DNA from: an uncultured Spirochaetota bacterium
Lineage (GTDB): Bacteria > Spirochaetota > Spirochaetia > SZUA-6 > Fen-1364
NCBI GenBank assembly: GCA_963781885.1
Contig: CAWAHW010000002.1
Location: 416,001-480,000, forward strand
DNA length: 64,000 nt
Reading direction: 5' to 3'
The position numbers and the translations under genes were made by a program. Shown here one piece after another: positions 9,698-19,358 of the stretch. The notes beneath the pieces are model-generated. The model searched no databases. It saw nothing but the letters and a program-made list of their open reading frames with translations, and was not told the origin of the DNA. Position 1 is the first letter of the stretch. Each line of letters opens with the position of its first letter.

Positions 9698-10723
9698 ATG
9701 AAAGCAGCAGTCCTCACCGGCCCGGAAAGGATCGAGATCCAGGAGGTCGCGACCCCCGCGCCCGCCGGCACCGAGCTCCTGGTGAAGCTGAAAAGCTGCG
9801 GGATCTGCACCCTGGAGCAGCGGCTCTTCACCGGCGCGGTCCGCATTCGCTATCCGCTCATCCCCGGCCACGAGGCGTCCGGCGAGGTGGTGAAGGTGGG
9901 TCCCGACGTGCTGTCGGGGATCAGGCCGGGCGCACGCGTCGCGCTCGACCTGGTGGAGCGCTGCGGCACGTGCTACTACTGCCGCACCGGCCAGTCGAAC
10001 ATGTGCCTCAACCGGTTCGCGCGCGACGCGAATGTGCTCGGCGGCTTCGGCGAATACATCGCCGTGCGCGCGACACAGGCTTTCCCCATACCCGATTCGC
10101 TCACCTTCGAGGAGGCAGCCTTCTCCGAGCCGCTTTCCTGCTGCATCCGTTCGCTGAAGAAGGTCGGCCTCCACCTCGCGGAAGACCTCCTGATCCTGGG
10201 CGCCGGGCCCATGGGGCAGTTGCACCTGCAGGCCGCTCTCTGCATGGGAGCGCGCGTCTTCGTGTCCGATCCCGACCGCGCGCGTCTGGCGACGGCGAAG
10301 AAAATGGGCGCCTTTCTCACCATCGACCCCTCGACGGAGAGCTCCCCGTCGATCGTGAAGGAGCACACGGACGGCCGCGGGGTGGACGCCTGCGTCGTCA
10401 CGAGCGTCGCCCACGCCGCTCTTCGCGGGGCGTTCGAGGCGGTGCGCAAGAACGGCCGCGTCAACATCTACACCTCCTACACGGACACGCCGCCGCTGCC
10501 CGTGGATGCAAACACGCTCCACGCGACGGAGCTCACCGTCACGGGAAGCGAAGGCCGCACGGAGGAGGATTTCCTCCAGTCCGTGCGTCTCCTGTCCTTC
10601 GGCAAGGTGGACGTGAAGCCCCTCATCAGCGGGACGGTGGATTTCCCGCACCTGGAGGCGGGCATCAGGGCAGCGATGGCGGGCGGCACCTACCGGGTGC
10701 TCCTGAAGCACGAGGGCGCCTGA
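9698..10723 (+). CDS. Zn-dependent alcohol/polyol dehydrogenase (MDR)
   Basis: GIC, GHE, CGTCYYC..C structural Zn site, GAGPMG. Confidence 0.9.
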   Translation: MKAAVLTGPERIEIQEVATPAPAGTELLVKLKSCGICTLEQRLFTGAVRIRYPLIPGHEASGEVVKVGPDVLSGIRPGARVALDLVERCGTCYYCRTGQSNMCLNRFARDANVLGGFGEYIAVRATQAFPIPDSLTFEEAAFSEPLSCCIRSLKKVGLHLAEDLLILGAGPMGQLHLQAALCMGARVFVSDPDRARLATAKKMGAFLTIDPSTESSPSIVKEHTDGRGVDACVVTSVAHAALRGAFEAVRKNGRVNIYTSYTDTPPLPVDANTLHATELTVTGSEGRTEEDFLQSVRLLSFGKVDVKPLISGTVDFPHLEAGIRAAMAGGTYRVLLKHEGA

Positions 10724-12171
10724 TGATACTCACGGTGGATGTGGGGACATCGGCGCTCAAGGCCGCCCTTTTCCGCACGAGCGGGGCCCTCGTCTCCCGC
10801 GCCGAAGCGCCGATCACTCTTTCGCCGCATCCCGATCCGGTCCGTCATGAGGTCGATCCCCGGGAATGGATCCGCGCCCTGCATGCGCTCTCCGTGACGC
10901 TGGGGCTTGCCAGGGCCGCGGACGTGGAGGCGGTCGTCGTGAGCGGCAATGGCCCCACGCTGGTTCCCGTTGCCGGGGACGGCACGCCGCTTTCCAAGGC
11001 GATGACGTGGATGGACAGGCGCGGCGTGGAAGAGGCGCGCATCGTCTCCGAGACGCGCGGCCGCGCCACCGATGCGGCCTTCACCCTTCCCAAGGCGCTC
11101 TGGGTGCAGCGCAATCAACCCGCGGTCTATGAGCGCACGCGCTTCTTCTTCTCCTGTCCCGAATACGTCACGTTCGTCCTCACCGGAAATGCCGTTACCT
11201 TCCTCCCGACTCCCGCCTACACCCAATCGATCATGTGGGACGCGGAGGCCGTGCGGGCGCTCGGCATGGATGCGGATAAGTTCCCCGCGTTTGTCGCGCC
11301 GGGTGCTGCCGTCGGCACCGTGACGGCCGCGGGGGAAGCGGCGACCGGCGTCCCCGCGGGTGTCCGTGTTTTCGCCGGTGCCCCGGACTTCATCGTCTCC
11401 CTGCTCGGCACGGCCACCGTGGCGCCCGGCCGCGCTTGCATCAGATCCGGCACGTCAGAAGGCATCAATGTCTGCTCGCCCCGGGAGACCCGTGATCGGC
11501 GCCTCCTCAGCGTGAGCCATGTCGCCCCCGGCCTCTTCAACATTTCCGGTGTGATCTCCACGTCTGGCAAGGCCCTTGAATGGTTCAAGAATGCGACGGG
11601 CCGGGCCGACGCCGACTATGAAAGCCTTTTCGACGACATCGCGGTCGTTCCCGCGGGCGCCCAGCGTCTCCTGTTCCTGCCGTATCTGGCGGGGGAGAGG
11701 GCGCCGATCTGGGATCCTTCCGCCCGCGGCGCATTCATCGGCCTCACCCTGAACCACGGCACGCGCGAGATGACCCGCGCCGTCGTGGAGGCGGTGGCAT
11801 ATGCCATCCGCGACGTCGTGGAGGTCATGGAGGAGGCCGGGGTGTCCGTGCACGACCTTCGCATCACCGGCAGCCCTTCCCGCAGCGCCCTGTGGAACCA
11901 GATCAAGGCTGACGTCACGGGGCGGCGCATCCTTGTCCCCGCGCAGCAGGACGCCGACCTCGTCGGCGACGCGTGTCTCGCCCTTTTCGGCCTGGGGCAA
12001 TTCGATTCTCTCGTGGCGGCTGCGGAAGCCATCGTCACCATGGGCGCCTTCTTCGAGCCGGATGCCGGCAGGGCCCGTGTCTACGACGAGATGTTTGCGC
12101 TCTATCGGGAGTCCTACGCGGGCCTCCGTTCCGTCTTTGCAAAACTCTCCACGCCAAGGAGCGGGCCATGA
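10723..12171 (+). CDS. FGGY family carbohydrate kinase (xylulokinase-like)
   Basis: [41 protein letters not shown]; TGATG coupling. Confidence 0.9.
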   Translation: MILTVDVGTSALKAALFRTSGALVSRAEAPITLSPHPDPVRHEVDPREWIRALHALSVTLGLARAADVEAVVVSGNGPTLVPVAGDGTPLSKAMTWMDRRGVEEARIVSETRGRATDAAFTLPKALWVQRNQPAVYERTRFFFSCPEYVTFVLTGNAVTFLPTPAYTQSIMWDAEAVRALGMDADKFPAFVAPGAAVGTVTAAGEAATGVPAGVRVFAGAPDFIVSLLGTATVAPGRACIRSGTSEGINVCSPRETRDRRLLSVSHVAPGLFNISGVISTSGKALEWFKNATGRADADYESLFDDIAVVPAGAQRLLFLPYLAGERAPIWDPSARGAFIGLTLNHGTREMTRAVVEAVAYAIRDVVEVMEEAGVSVHDLRITGSPSRSALWNQIKADVTGRRILVPAQQDADLVGDACLALFGLGQFDSLVAAAEAIVTMGAFFEPDAGRARVYDEMFALYRESYAGLRSVFAKLSTPRSGP

Positions 12172-12962
12172 CAATCGGCAAGAGCATCCGGCGGACGTCG
12201 ATCTTTCGGCGGGACACCGGCAGGACGGTGATCGTGGCGCTCGACCACGGCGGCATCGCGGGTCCCATCGCGGGCATCGAGCGTCCGGCGGACGTCGTCA
12301 GGGCCTGCCGCGAGGGCGGCGCCGACGCCATCCTCGCCACGCGCGGCGTCGTGACGGCGTCGGAGGGCGAATGGGACAGGAGCATGTCGGTGATCCTGCG
12401 TCTCACGGGCGGCTTCACCGTGCTGGGGGGCAAGTTCGAGGAGGAGATCATCTCCAGCCCGGAGGCGGCCCTGGCCATGGGCGCATCGGCAGCGGCAGTC
12501 ACCGTGAAGTTCGGACACGAGCGGGAAGGCGAGCTCACGCGGCGCGCCTCCCTGGTCGCCGACAGTTGCGAGCGATGGGGTCTGCCCCTCATGATCGAGG
12601 CGATGGCAGAGACGAAGGACATGAAGGCGAGCGATCCGCGGGGGATCACGCTGGCGGCCCGTGCGGCCCAGGAGATCGGGGCGGACATCGTGAAGACCTA
12701 CTACACGGGCGACCAGGAGAGCTTCCGCAGGGTGGTCGAGGGGTGTCCCGTGCCCATCGTGATCCTCGGCGGTGAAAAGTCCGACACGCTGGAAGCGGTC
12801 TTCCGCGACGTGCACGATGCCCTGCAGGCAGGGGCCTACGGCATCGCGATCGGGCGCAACATCTGGCAGCATGGGAAGACGAAAGCCATGGTGGAGGCGA
12901 TGGTCGGCCTCGTGCACGAGAGCTGGACGACCGCGCAGGCCCTGGCTCACGTGGGAGGCTGA
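12168..12962 (+). CDS. Class I aldolase, DhnA/LsrF family
   Basis: VALDHG, GADIVKTYY (Schiff-base Lys), ILGG, IGRNIWQ. Confidence 0.88.
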   Translation: MTIGKSIRRTSIFRRDTGRTVIVALDHGGIAGPIAGIERPADVVRACREGGADAILATRGVVTASEGEWDRSMSVILRLTGGFTVLGGKFEEEIISSPEAALAMGASAAAVTVKFGHEREGELTRRASLVADSCERWGLPLMIEAMAETKDMKASDPRGITLAARAAQEIGADIVKTYYTGDQESFRRVVEGCPVPIVILGGEKSDTLEAVFRDVHDALQAGAYGIAIGRNIWQHGKTKAMVEAMVGLVHESWTTAQALAHVGG

Positions 12963-12965
12963 GGC

Positions 12966-13307
12966 TTAACCGATGGCAACGTGGCCTGTTTCGCCGCTCC
13001 TGATGCGGATGCAGTCCTCCATCGGGAGGACGAATATCTTGCCGTCCCCAATGTTGCCCGTCCGCGCGCCTTTCACGATGGCATCCACCGCGGCCGGCAG
13101 GTACTCGTCGTTCACCGCGATCTCCAGCCGCGTCTTTTTCAGGAGGGTGCCGACCTCTTTCACGCCCCGATAGATCTCCGTCACGCCCTTCTGCCGACCG
13201 CACCCCAGCACATTCGTCACCGTCTTGAGGTATATCTCCTTCTCGTCCAGCTCGTGCATGACGTCGTCGAGCTTGTGCGGTTGTATGATGGCGATGATCA
13301 GTTTCAT
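12966..13307 (-). CDS. glnK: Nitrogen regulatory protein P-II
   Basis: [16 protein letters not shown]-loop [18 protein letters not shown]; adjacent to amtB. Confidence 0.93.
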   Translation of the reverse strand: MKLIIAIIQPHKLDDVMHELDEKEIYLKTVTNVLGCGRQKGVTEIYRGVKEVGTLLKKTRLEIAVNDEYLPAAVDAIVKGARTGNIGDGKIFVLPMEDCIRIRSGETGHVAIG

Positions 13308-13328
13308 TGCTTCCTCCCGTTTGCGCGC

Positions 13329-14570
13329 TCAGTCGATGAGGGTGTAGGCGCTTTCCTTGTGCTGCGTGTTGTCGAGCCCTATCGCTTCATCCTCCGCGGT
13401 CACCCGCAGACCCATCACCCGGTCCAGGACCTTCGTGAGGATGAGCGTCACCGCCGCCGCGTAGGCGATCGTCGCGGCCACGCCGATTGCCTGGATGCCG
13501 AGCTGCCGGAGATTCCCGAATATCCATCCATCCGCTCCGGCGGGATTTATCATCTTGCTTGCAAAAACGCCGGTCAGCAGCGCCCCGACGGTCCCCCCGA
13601 CTCCATGAACGCCGAATGCATCCAGCGCGTCGTCATACCCGAGCCGGGTCTTGATGACGGTCACGGCGATGTAGCACACCGCTGCCACGATGATGCCGAT
13701 GGCAATGGCCCCCATGGGGGTGACGAATCCCGCCGCCGGCGTGATCGCGACAAGGCCGGCCACCGCGCCCGTTGCGGCGCCGAGAACCGTTGGTTTCTTG
13801 GCAACCACCCATTCGATGAACAGCCACGAAAGGCCCGCCATGGCCGTTGCCGTGTTCGTGTTGAGGAAGGCGCTCACCGCGAGCCCGTTTGCGGCCAGCG
13901 CGCTGCCGGCATTGAACCCGAACCATCCGAACCAGAGCAGCGCGGCACCGACGAGCGTGAGCGTCATGTTGTGCGGAGGCGGGGCGATGTGCGGGAAGTT
14001 CTTCCGTCGGCCGAGCACGAGGGCAAAGACGAGCGCCGAAATGCCGGAAGAGACGTGCACGACCGTTCCGCCCGCGAAATCCAGCGCGCCGAGATTGTGC
14101 AGCCAGCCATTCGTTCCCCACACCCAGTGCGCGACCGGGTCATAGACGATGGTCGCCCAGAGCAGGCTGAACACCGCGAAGGTGGAGAACTTCAGCCTTT
14201 CGGCGAATGCGCCGCTGATGAGCGCCGGGGTGATGACGGCGAACATCATCTGGTAAACCATGAAAAGCTGGTGCGGAATCGTGGGAGCGTAGTCCGGGTT
14301 CGGTGCCAGGCCGACTCCCCTCAACCCGATCCAGGAGAGATTCCCGATGAAGTGCCCGGCGTCCGGGCCGAAGGCGAGGCTGTACCCCCAGAGCACCCAT
14401 TGGATGCTGATCAGGCAGAGGATGAAGAATGAGTGCATCATCGTGGAAAGGACATTCTTCCGTCGAACGAGCCCGCCGTAGAACATGACGAGGCCCGGCG
14501 CTGTCATCATCATGACCAGCGCTGTGGAGGCGAGCACCCATGCGGTGTCCCCACTGTTTATCTGCGCCAT
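13329..14570 (-). CDS. amtB: Ammonium transporter
   Basis: FYGGLVRRKN, DFAGGTVVH, GWFGFNAGS, DDALDAFGVHG. Confidence 0.96.
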   Translation of the reverse strand: MAQINSGDTAWVLASTALVMMMTAPGLVMFYGGLVRRKNVLSTMMHSFFILCLISIQWVLWGYSLAFGPDAGHFIGNLSWIGLRGVGLAPNPDYAPTIPHQLFMVYQMMFAVITPALISGAFAERLKFSTFAVFSLLWATIVYDPVAHWVWGTNGWLHNLGALDFAGGTVVHVSSGISALVFALVLGRRKNFPHIAPPPHNMTLTLVGAALLWFGWFGFNAGSALAANGLAVSAFLNTNTATAMAGLSWLFIEWVVAKKPTVLGAATGAVAGLVAITPAAGFVTPMGAIAIGIIVAAVCYIAVTVIKTRLGYDDALDAFGVHGVGGTVGALLTGVFASKMINPAGADGWIFGNLRQLGIQAIGVAATIAYAAAVTLILTKVLDRVMGLRVTAEDEAIGLDNTQHKESAYTLID

Positions 14571-14609
14571 CGCTCACTCCTTGCCGTGGGTTTTGACGCC
14601 TAAAGATTG

Positions 14610-14625
14610 AGCAATTCCCGTGCCA
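14610..14625 (-). promoter_or_regulatory. Sigma-54 (-24/-12) promoter of amtB-glnK
   Basis: Minus strand TGGCAC-GGGAA-TTGCT, 40 bp upstream of the amtB ATG. Confidence 0.85.
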
Positions 14626-14731
14626 TGTCAGGATTGCTGCCTTGCGCGCGGGCATTTCGCACCTCGCACGGCAGAAGCACGGGCCGGGCGCCCGTTGGTG
14701 AGCTCGCTGTCTGCAACGAAGGGTCTCCGTC

Positions 14732-14776
14732 CCTACAGAAGTGTAGGAAACAGCAAGCGAAAGATACGGAATTGTA
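14732..14776. promoter_or_regulatory. Putative tandem upstream activator sequences for a sigma-54 activator
   Basis: CCTACA-GAAG-TGTAGG palindrome (14732-14747) and related TACGGAATTGTA (14765-14776), cores 31 bp apart. Confidence 0.5.
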
Positions 14777-14815
14777 AGAAAGTGCCCCCCCGCGCACGGG
14801 CCCGCTCGACGCTCC

Positions 14816-15727
14816 CTATCGGGGGTTGACGACGTTTTCGCCGGGGATGGATTCCTCTTCGATGGTCTTCTCGAGGGCAAGGAGGGCATCCTGGCAGAGG
14901 GCGGTCACCGCTCGCTTCTGGTTCAGGGAGATCGTCAGCGACCTGACATTCGTATTGGCGCGCGAAAGGGCGATGATCTGTCTCCGCAAGTCCGAGAAGG
15001 TGGCATAGCGCGACGACGCCGTCTCGACATTCTGGTTCGAGGGAAGGAGCGCCGCGAGACCCTTCATGTCATTCGCGACCCGCTGGTCTTCCGCCGTCAT
15101 GCGCGCCTCCAGCTCGTCCATCTTGCTGTCGCTCTCCTCGGCGATATGCGGCGGCAGGAGGACCTGGATTCGTCGGGCGGCCGCCTCGGCGCCCGCCGCC
15201 AGAAACATCACCTGTCGGGCATTTGCAGCCGCGGAGCCTTCCCCTTGCGCGATCAGGCGGGAGAGCGCCGCGTCCATGTCGTCGATCGCCGCGGCCGCGG
15301 GTCCAAATGCCAGGGCGTACGCTTTCAAGTTCGTGTTTTTGACGGCGAGGTCAAGGAGCTGCGCGTCGATCTGCTGGTACTCGGTGAAGGCCTTTGAAAA
15401 ATCGGCAAGGAGCTGTTTCTCCCTGCCCGTCTGTGCAAGCGTGCCGAAATCCGCGCGCAGGCCTTCCACCGTCGCCGTCTCCGCGCGCGCCTGATCCGCG
15501 AAGACCTCGGAATCCTTGTCCGTCGTGGCGAGCACGGCGCTTTTCTCAGCCTCGGTGGCCGACGCGAGATGGAACTGCAGCTGGTTGACGACCTCTTCGC
15601 GGCGCGCCCTCGCTTCGACCTGCGCCGCGACGCTCGTTGGCTGGAAGTGCAGGACGACCAGGATCACGGCGACAAAAACAACGGCGCCGGCGAGCCCCCA
15701 GAAGAAGTAGCGGAAGGAAAACTTCAC
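14816..15727 (-). CDS. Membrane-anchored protein with tandem MCP-type four-helix-bundle sensor repeats and no signalling domain
   Basis: Single N-terminal TM; two helical repeats ending LAVKNTNLKA and LSRANTNVRS. Confidence 0.7.
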   Translation of the reverse strand: MKFSFRYFFWGLAGAVVFVAVILVVLHFQPTSVAAQVEARARREEVVNQLQFHLASATEAEKSAVLATTDKDSEVFADQARAETATVEGLRADFGTLAQTGREKQLLADFSKAFTEYQQIDAQLLDLAVKNTNLKAYALAFGPAAAAIDDMDAALSRLIAQGEGSAAANARQVMFLAAGAEAAARRIQVLLPPHIAEESDSKMDELEARMTAEDQRVANDMKGLAALLPSNQNVETASSRYATFSDLRRQIIALSRANTNVRSLTISLNQKRAVTALCQDALLALEKTIEEESIPGENVVNPR

Positions 15728-15821
15728 CCCGCGAGCATATGCCGCACCGCTCCCCGCATCAAGCATGCGGCCCTACCGACACTTCCGCCGAATTGTTATC
15801 TTTCAGGACGGCAGGTGATCG

Positions 15822-16598
15822 ATGAGAACCGTCGTGGTCGCGCTTTTATCCCTCGCAGCCGGTGGCCTCTTTTCCCAGGATGTCACGCTCACGGCGGTGC
15901 GCTACGGCATGTCGCACTATTCCAGCGAGTACATCTTCATCGACGACACGGCCCGGTCACCGATAGAGTTCCACTGGCTCTTCTACCTTCTGCGCACGCC
16001 GACGCGCGTCGTGCTCATCGACTGCGGGTTCTCCGATCCGGGGATGGCAAGGAGATTCGGCGTCACGCTCCAGGACCCCGTCGAGCTCCTGGAAAAGATC
16101 GGTGTGGAGCCTGAGGACGTGACGGACATCGTTGCGACGCATGCGCATTTCGACCACATCGGCAACATCGACAGGTTCCCGAATGCCACGCTCTGGATCC
16201 ATGCCAACGCTTGGCAGAGCTTTGTGAACGGTCCTTTCTCGATCCCGCTCGCCGATGCAATGAAAAAGAAGGCCCGGCTCAACCTCTTCACGAAAGAGAT
16301 CGAGCCCCTTCCTTTCATGGAGGTCATCCCGGTGGAAGGCCACGCGCCGGGCTCATGCTACGTCAGGCTGAACCTTGAAGACCGCACGATTATATTGACG
16401 GGCGATGAAGCCTACCTCCCAGAGAATTGGCAGAAGCTGCGGGGCGTGGGGACCTATGTGGACCCCGTCAAGAACATGAAGGCCTTGCGCGAGTTCAAGG
16501 CCCTCGCCGCTCAGCCGGACGTCTCGCTGTTCACGTTTCACGACCCGGCGATCATTCCGGAGGGTGCCCCGCAGGCGTGGCGCCAGATCTATCCCTGA
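15822..16598 (+). CDS. Metallo-beta-lactamase fold protein, N-acyl homoserine lactonase family, exported
   Basis: Signal-like N-terminus; LIDCG, THAHFDHIG (HxHxDH), GHAPG, TGDEAY, FHDP. Confidence 0.8.
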   Translation: MRTVVVALLSLAAGGLFSQDVTLTAVRYGMSHYSSEYIFIDDTARSPIEFHWLFYLLRTPTRVVLIDCGFSDPGMARRFGVTLQDPVELLEKIGVEPEDVTDIVATHAHFDHIGNIDRFPNATLWIHANAWQSFVNGPFSIPLADAMKKKARLNLFTKEIEPLPFMEVIPVEGHAPGSCYVRLNLEDRTIILTGDEAYLPENWQKLRGVGTYVDPVKNMKALREFKALAAQPDVSLFTFHDPAIIPEGAPQAWRQIYP

Positions 16599-16628
16599 TT
16601 CCTTGGCGACGACCCCATCCCTCGACCC

Positions 16629-17489
16629 TCAGGGAGACTCGCCCAGCCTCTGGTAGACGCTCGTTCCTTTCATGCCAGGATTGCGCTGGGCGTAGTCAAA
16701 TGCCGTCCTGCCCTGGTTGTCCTTCGCGGCCGTTTGCGCGCCTGCCGCGATCAGCGCGGCTGCGACCTGCGGATTTGGATTGAGCTCGGCGGCAATCATC
16801 AGGGGGGTCGATCCATCTGCATCGCGGGCCTCCAACTGGGCCCCCGCCTTCAGGAGCGGACCAAGTGCCTTCGGGTTCTGATTCCTTCCCGCCGCAAACA
16901 GCAGCGCAGTCCAGCCGTCTGGTGTCCGGGCATTGACGTCCGCGCCCGCCTTGAGGAGGGCGTTGACGACGTCAGGATCCTGATTGAACTTGGCCGCATG
17001 CATGAGGGCGGTCAGGCCGTTTGCGTCCTGGGCTTTCAGGTCCGCCCCTGATTCCAGGAGCGTCCTGACCGCGTCGGGGCTCGGGTTGTAGGCCGCGGCG
17101 ATCATGAGCGGCGTCGTGAGGAACCTGTCGCGCTCCGCGATACGTGCGCCGGCCTTCAGGATCAGGGATATGACACGCGCGTCCTTCGCGGCCGCCGCTG
17201 CATAGGAAAGGGCCGTCCAGCCGTTCGAATCGCGGGCCTTGATATCGGCGCCTTCCTCGAGAAGCACGGCAACGACGTCGGGGCTCGGATTCTTCAAGGC
17301 TGCCCACATCAGGACGCTGAGGCCGTTCCTGTCACGCGCATTGACGTTTGCGCCGGCGGCAATCGCCGCCTGAATGGCGTTCGGCGTGCCGGTCGGAACA
17401 AGACCGAACAGGTCCGCGGCGAGCGCAGAGGCTGCTCCTGAAACCAGGAACGCGACGCAGAAACACGCGCGCGCCACCAGCGTTTTCAT
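16629..17489 (-). CDS. Exported ankyrin repeat protein (about 6 repeats)
   Basis: Signal peptide; 34-aa repeats G.T.LM.AA..N..P.V...LL.AGA. Confidence 0.9.
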   Translation of the reverse strand: MKTLVARACFCVAFLVSGAASALAADLFGLVPTGTPNAIQAAIAAGANVNARDRNGLSVLMWAALKNPSPDVVAVLLEEGADIKARDSNGWTALSYAAAAAKDARVISLILKAGARIAERDRFLTTPLMIAAAYNPSPDAVRTLLESGADLKAQDANGLTALMHAAKFNQDPDVVNALLKAGADVNARTPDGWTALLFAAGRNQNPKALGPLLKAGAQLEARDADGSTPLMIAAELNPNPQVAAALIAAGAQTAAKDNQGRTAFDYAQRNPGMKGTSVYQRLGESP

Positions 17490-17977
17490 TCTAACGTGCC
17501 GGGCCCCTGGATGCGGCGCTTGCGGTTGCTCCAGGCCCACGCCGACAACTGTGAAACCCCGAATGACATCAGGGCGATCAGGAGGCTGCCGAGGATATCC
17601 GCGGTATGGTGAACACCCGCATAGACGCGGGCCATGCCGACTGCCAGGGCCGCCAGCAGTCCGACTGCGCCCATTGGCAGGCTGACGGTCAGGACAATCG
17701 CCGCCGACACGCCAAGGAGCAGGGTGTGATCCGATGGGAACCCATTGTCCTTCGAGCTCGGAATCAGGGGCGACGCGCCGGATTGCAGGAACGGGCGCGG
17801 ATCCTGGATCAATTGATGCGCGACCTGGGAAAGCACGAGCGCGATCAGCCCGATCCAGACGGCGGCGCGCAGGATCTCCTTCCAGCGCGTGCGGCGAAAG
17901 ACGGCCAGATAGAGCAATTCGAGCGCAACGATGACGATGTACAGGTACTCCGCCACGAACGCAATTGCTACTTTCAT
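17486..17977 (-). CDS. PAP2 family phosphatase (BcrC-like undecaprenyl-diphosphatase)
   Basis: PRPF, FPSDH, ARVYAGVHH..D motifs. Confidence 0.85.
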   Translation of the reverse strand: MKVAIAFVAEYLYIVIVALELLYLAVFRRTRWKEILRAAVWIGLIALVLSQVAHQLIQDPRPFLQSGASPLIPSSKDNGFPSDHTLLLGVSAAIVLTVSLPMGAVGLLAALAVGMARVYAGVHHTADILGSLLIALMSFGVSQLSAWAWSNRKRRIQGPGTLE

Positions 17978-18030
17978 CGTCTAGAAGATATCTCTTCGAT
18001 TTTGCTCCGTCGACAGAGAGGCGGACTTTT

Positions 18031-19290
18031 TCAAGGCCTGGCGTTCAGCAAGTCCATGTATTCCTTTGACCCTGAAAGCGCGGGGTTTTCCCGTGCGTAA
18101 TCGGCCGCCGTTTCTCCATCGCGCGACGCACGGCTTCGGTCCGCCCCTGCGGCAAGAATCGCCCTGACGATGGTCGGGTTCGGGTTGTACTCGGCAGCGA
18201 GCATGAGCGGCGTCCGGCCGTCGGGGAGGCTTTCATTCACGACGGCTCCGGCGGCGAGGAGAGTGGAGACCACGTCGGGATTCTGGTTGGATTGGGCGGC
18301 GATCAGGAGCGCGGTTCTCCCTTCCGGAGTACGGGCAAGCACAGAATCTCCCGCATGCACCAGGGCGCCCAGGACCTGCGGGTTGTCGTTGTACTGGGCG
18401 GCGAGCATGAGCGGCGTCCTTCCGTCTGCCGTGCGGATGTCGATCCGCGCGCCCGCTTTCATCAAAGCGGTTATCATGCCGGGGCTCCGGTTAAACTGGG
18501 CGGCAAGATGCAGGACGGTCCGATCGGAGGCTTTTTCATCGATTCTCGCGCCGGCTTGCAAGAGCGTGACAAGCACCTCAGGATTCTGATTCGACTGGGC
18601 CGCGGCCAGCAAAGGCGAATAGCCATCTGACGTCCGGGCCCTGACGCTGGCTCCTGCCCGCACGAGGGCGGTGATCGTCTGCGGGTTTTCATTCGACTGC
18701 GCGGCGAACATCAGGGGGGTCCACCCTTCCATGGTGTGCTCGTCGACCCGCGCGCCGGCGTGCAGCAGGGTTGAGATGACTGACGGATTGGGGTTGGAAC
18801 CGGCGGCAATCATCAGGACGGTCTTGCCGTCCACGGTTGCGTCTTTTATATCTGCGCCCGCCTCCAGGAGACGCGAAATGATCCGTGGGTTTGGGTTCGA
18901 CCAAGCGGCGATCATCAGCGCGGTCCACCCGTCGGGCGTCCGGTCAGTGATCCTGGCGCCTGCCTCCAGGAGGGTGGAGATGACAAGCGGATTCTGCGTG
19001 GATCCCGCCGCATACAGGAGGGCGGTCGCCCCGTCGGGCGTCGCGTCGTCGATCTTCGCGCCGGCGTCGAGGATTGCCTTGACGACCCCCGGATCGGGGT
19101 TGGAGCGCGCGGCGATCATCAGCGGTGTTCTGCCGTCCAGAGTCCTGTCTTCCACGTACCCACCTGCCTGAATTGCCGCACGGACGTCAGCCAGAGATCC
19201 GTTTTCCGCGAGGTCGAGGACGCTCTGCGCCGCGCACGTGCCGAAAGCTCCGAGGAGGCAGAAGGTAACGATGGCAGGCGTGCGGCCCAT
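18031..19290 (-). CDS. Exported ankyrin repeat protein (about 10 repeats)
   Basis: Signal-like MGRTPAIVTFCLLGAFGTCAA; repeats such as GRTPLMIAARSNPDP. Confidence 0.9.
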   Translation of the reverse strand: MGRTPAIVTFCLLGAFGTCAAQSVLDLAENGSLADVRAAIQAGGYVEDRTLDGRTPLMIAARSNPDPGVVKAILDAGAKIDDATPDGATALLYAAGSTQNPLVISTLLEAGARITDRTPDGWTALMIAAWSNPNPRIISRLLEAGADIKDATVDGKTVLMIAAGSNPNPSVISTLLHAGARVDEHTMEGWTPLMFAAQSNENPQTITALVRAGASVRARTSDGYSPLLAAAQSNQNPEVLVTLLQAGARIDEKASDRTVLHLAAQFNRSPGMITALMKAGARIDIRTADGRTPLMLAAQYNDNPQVLGALVHAGDSVLARTPEGRTALLIAAQSNQNPDVVSTLLAAGAVVNESLPDGRTPLMLAAEYNPNPTIVRAILAAGADRSRASRDGETAADYARENPALSGSKEYMDLLNARP

Positions 19291-19358
19291 GGAAAAAAGA
19301 TCGCCGGCAACCGGCGCGACGGAAAGAATGCTCCAAATGCCCTTCATCCCCGGCACGT

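Noticed and set aside
16629-19290. Periodic repeats of about 102 bp as CRISPR or DGR-like arrays
   Set aside because: These are degenerate protein-coding ankyrin repeats; no identical direct repeats, cas genes or RT gene
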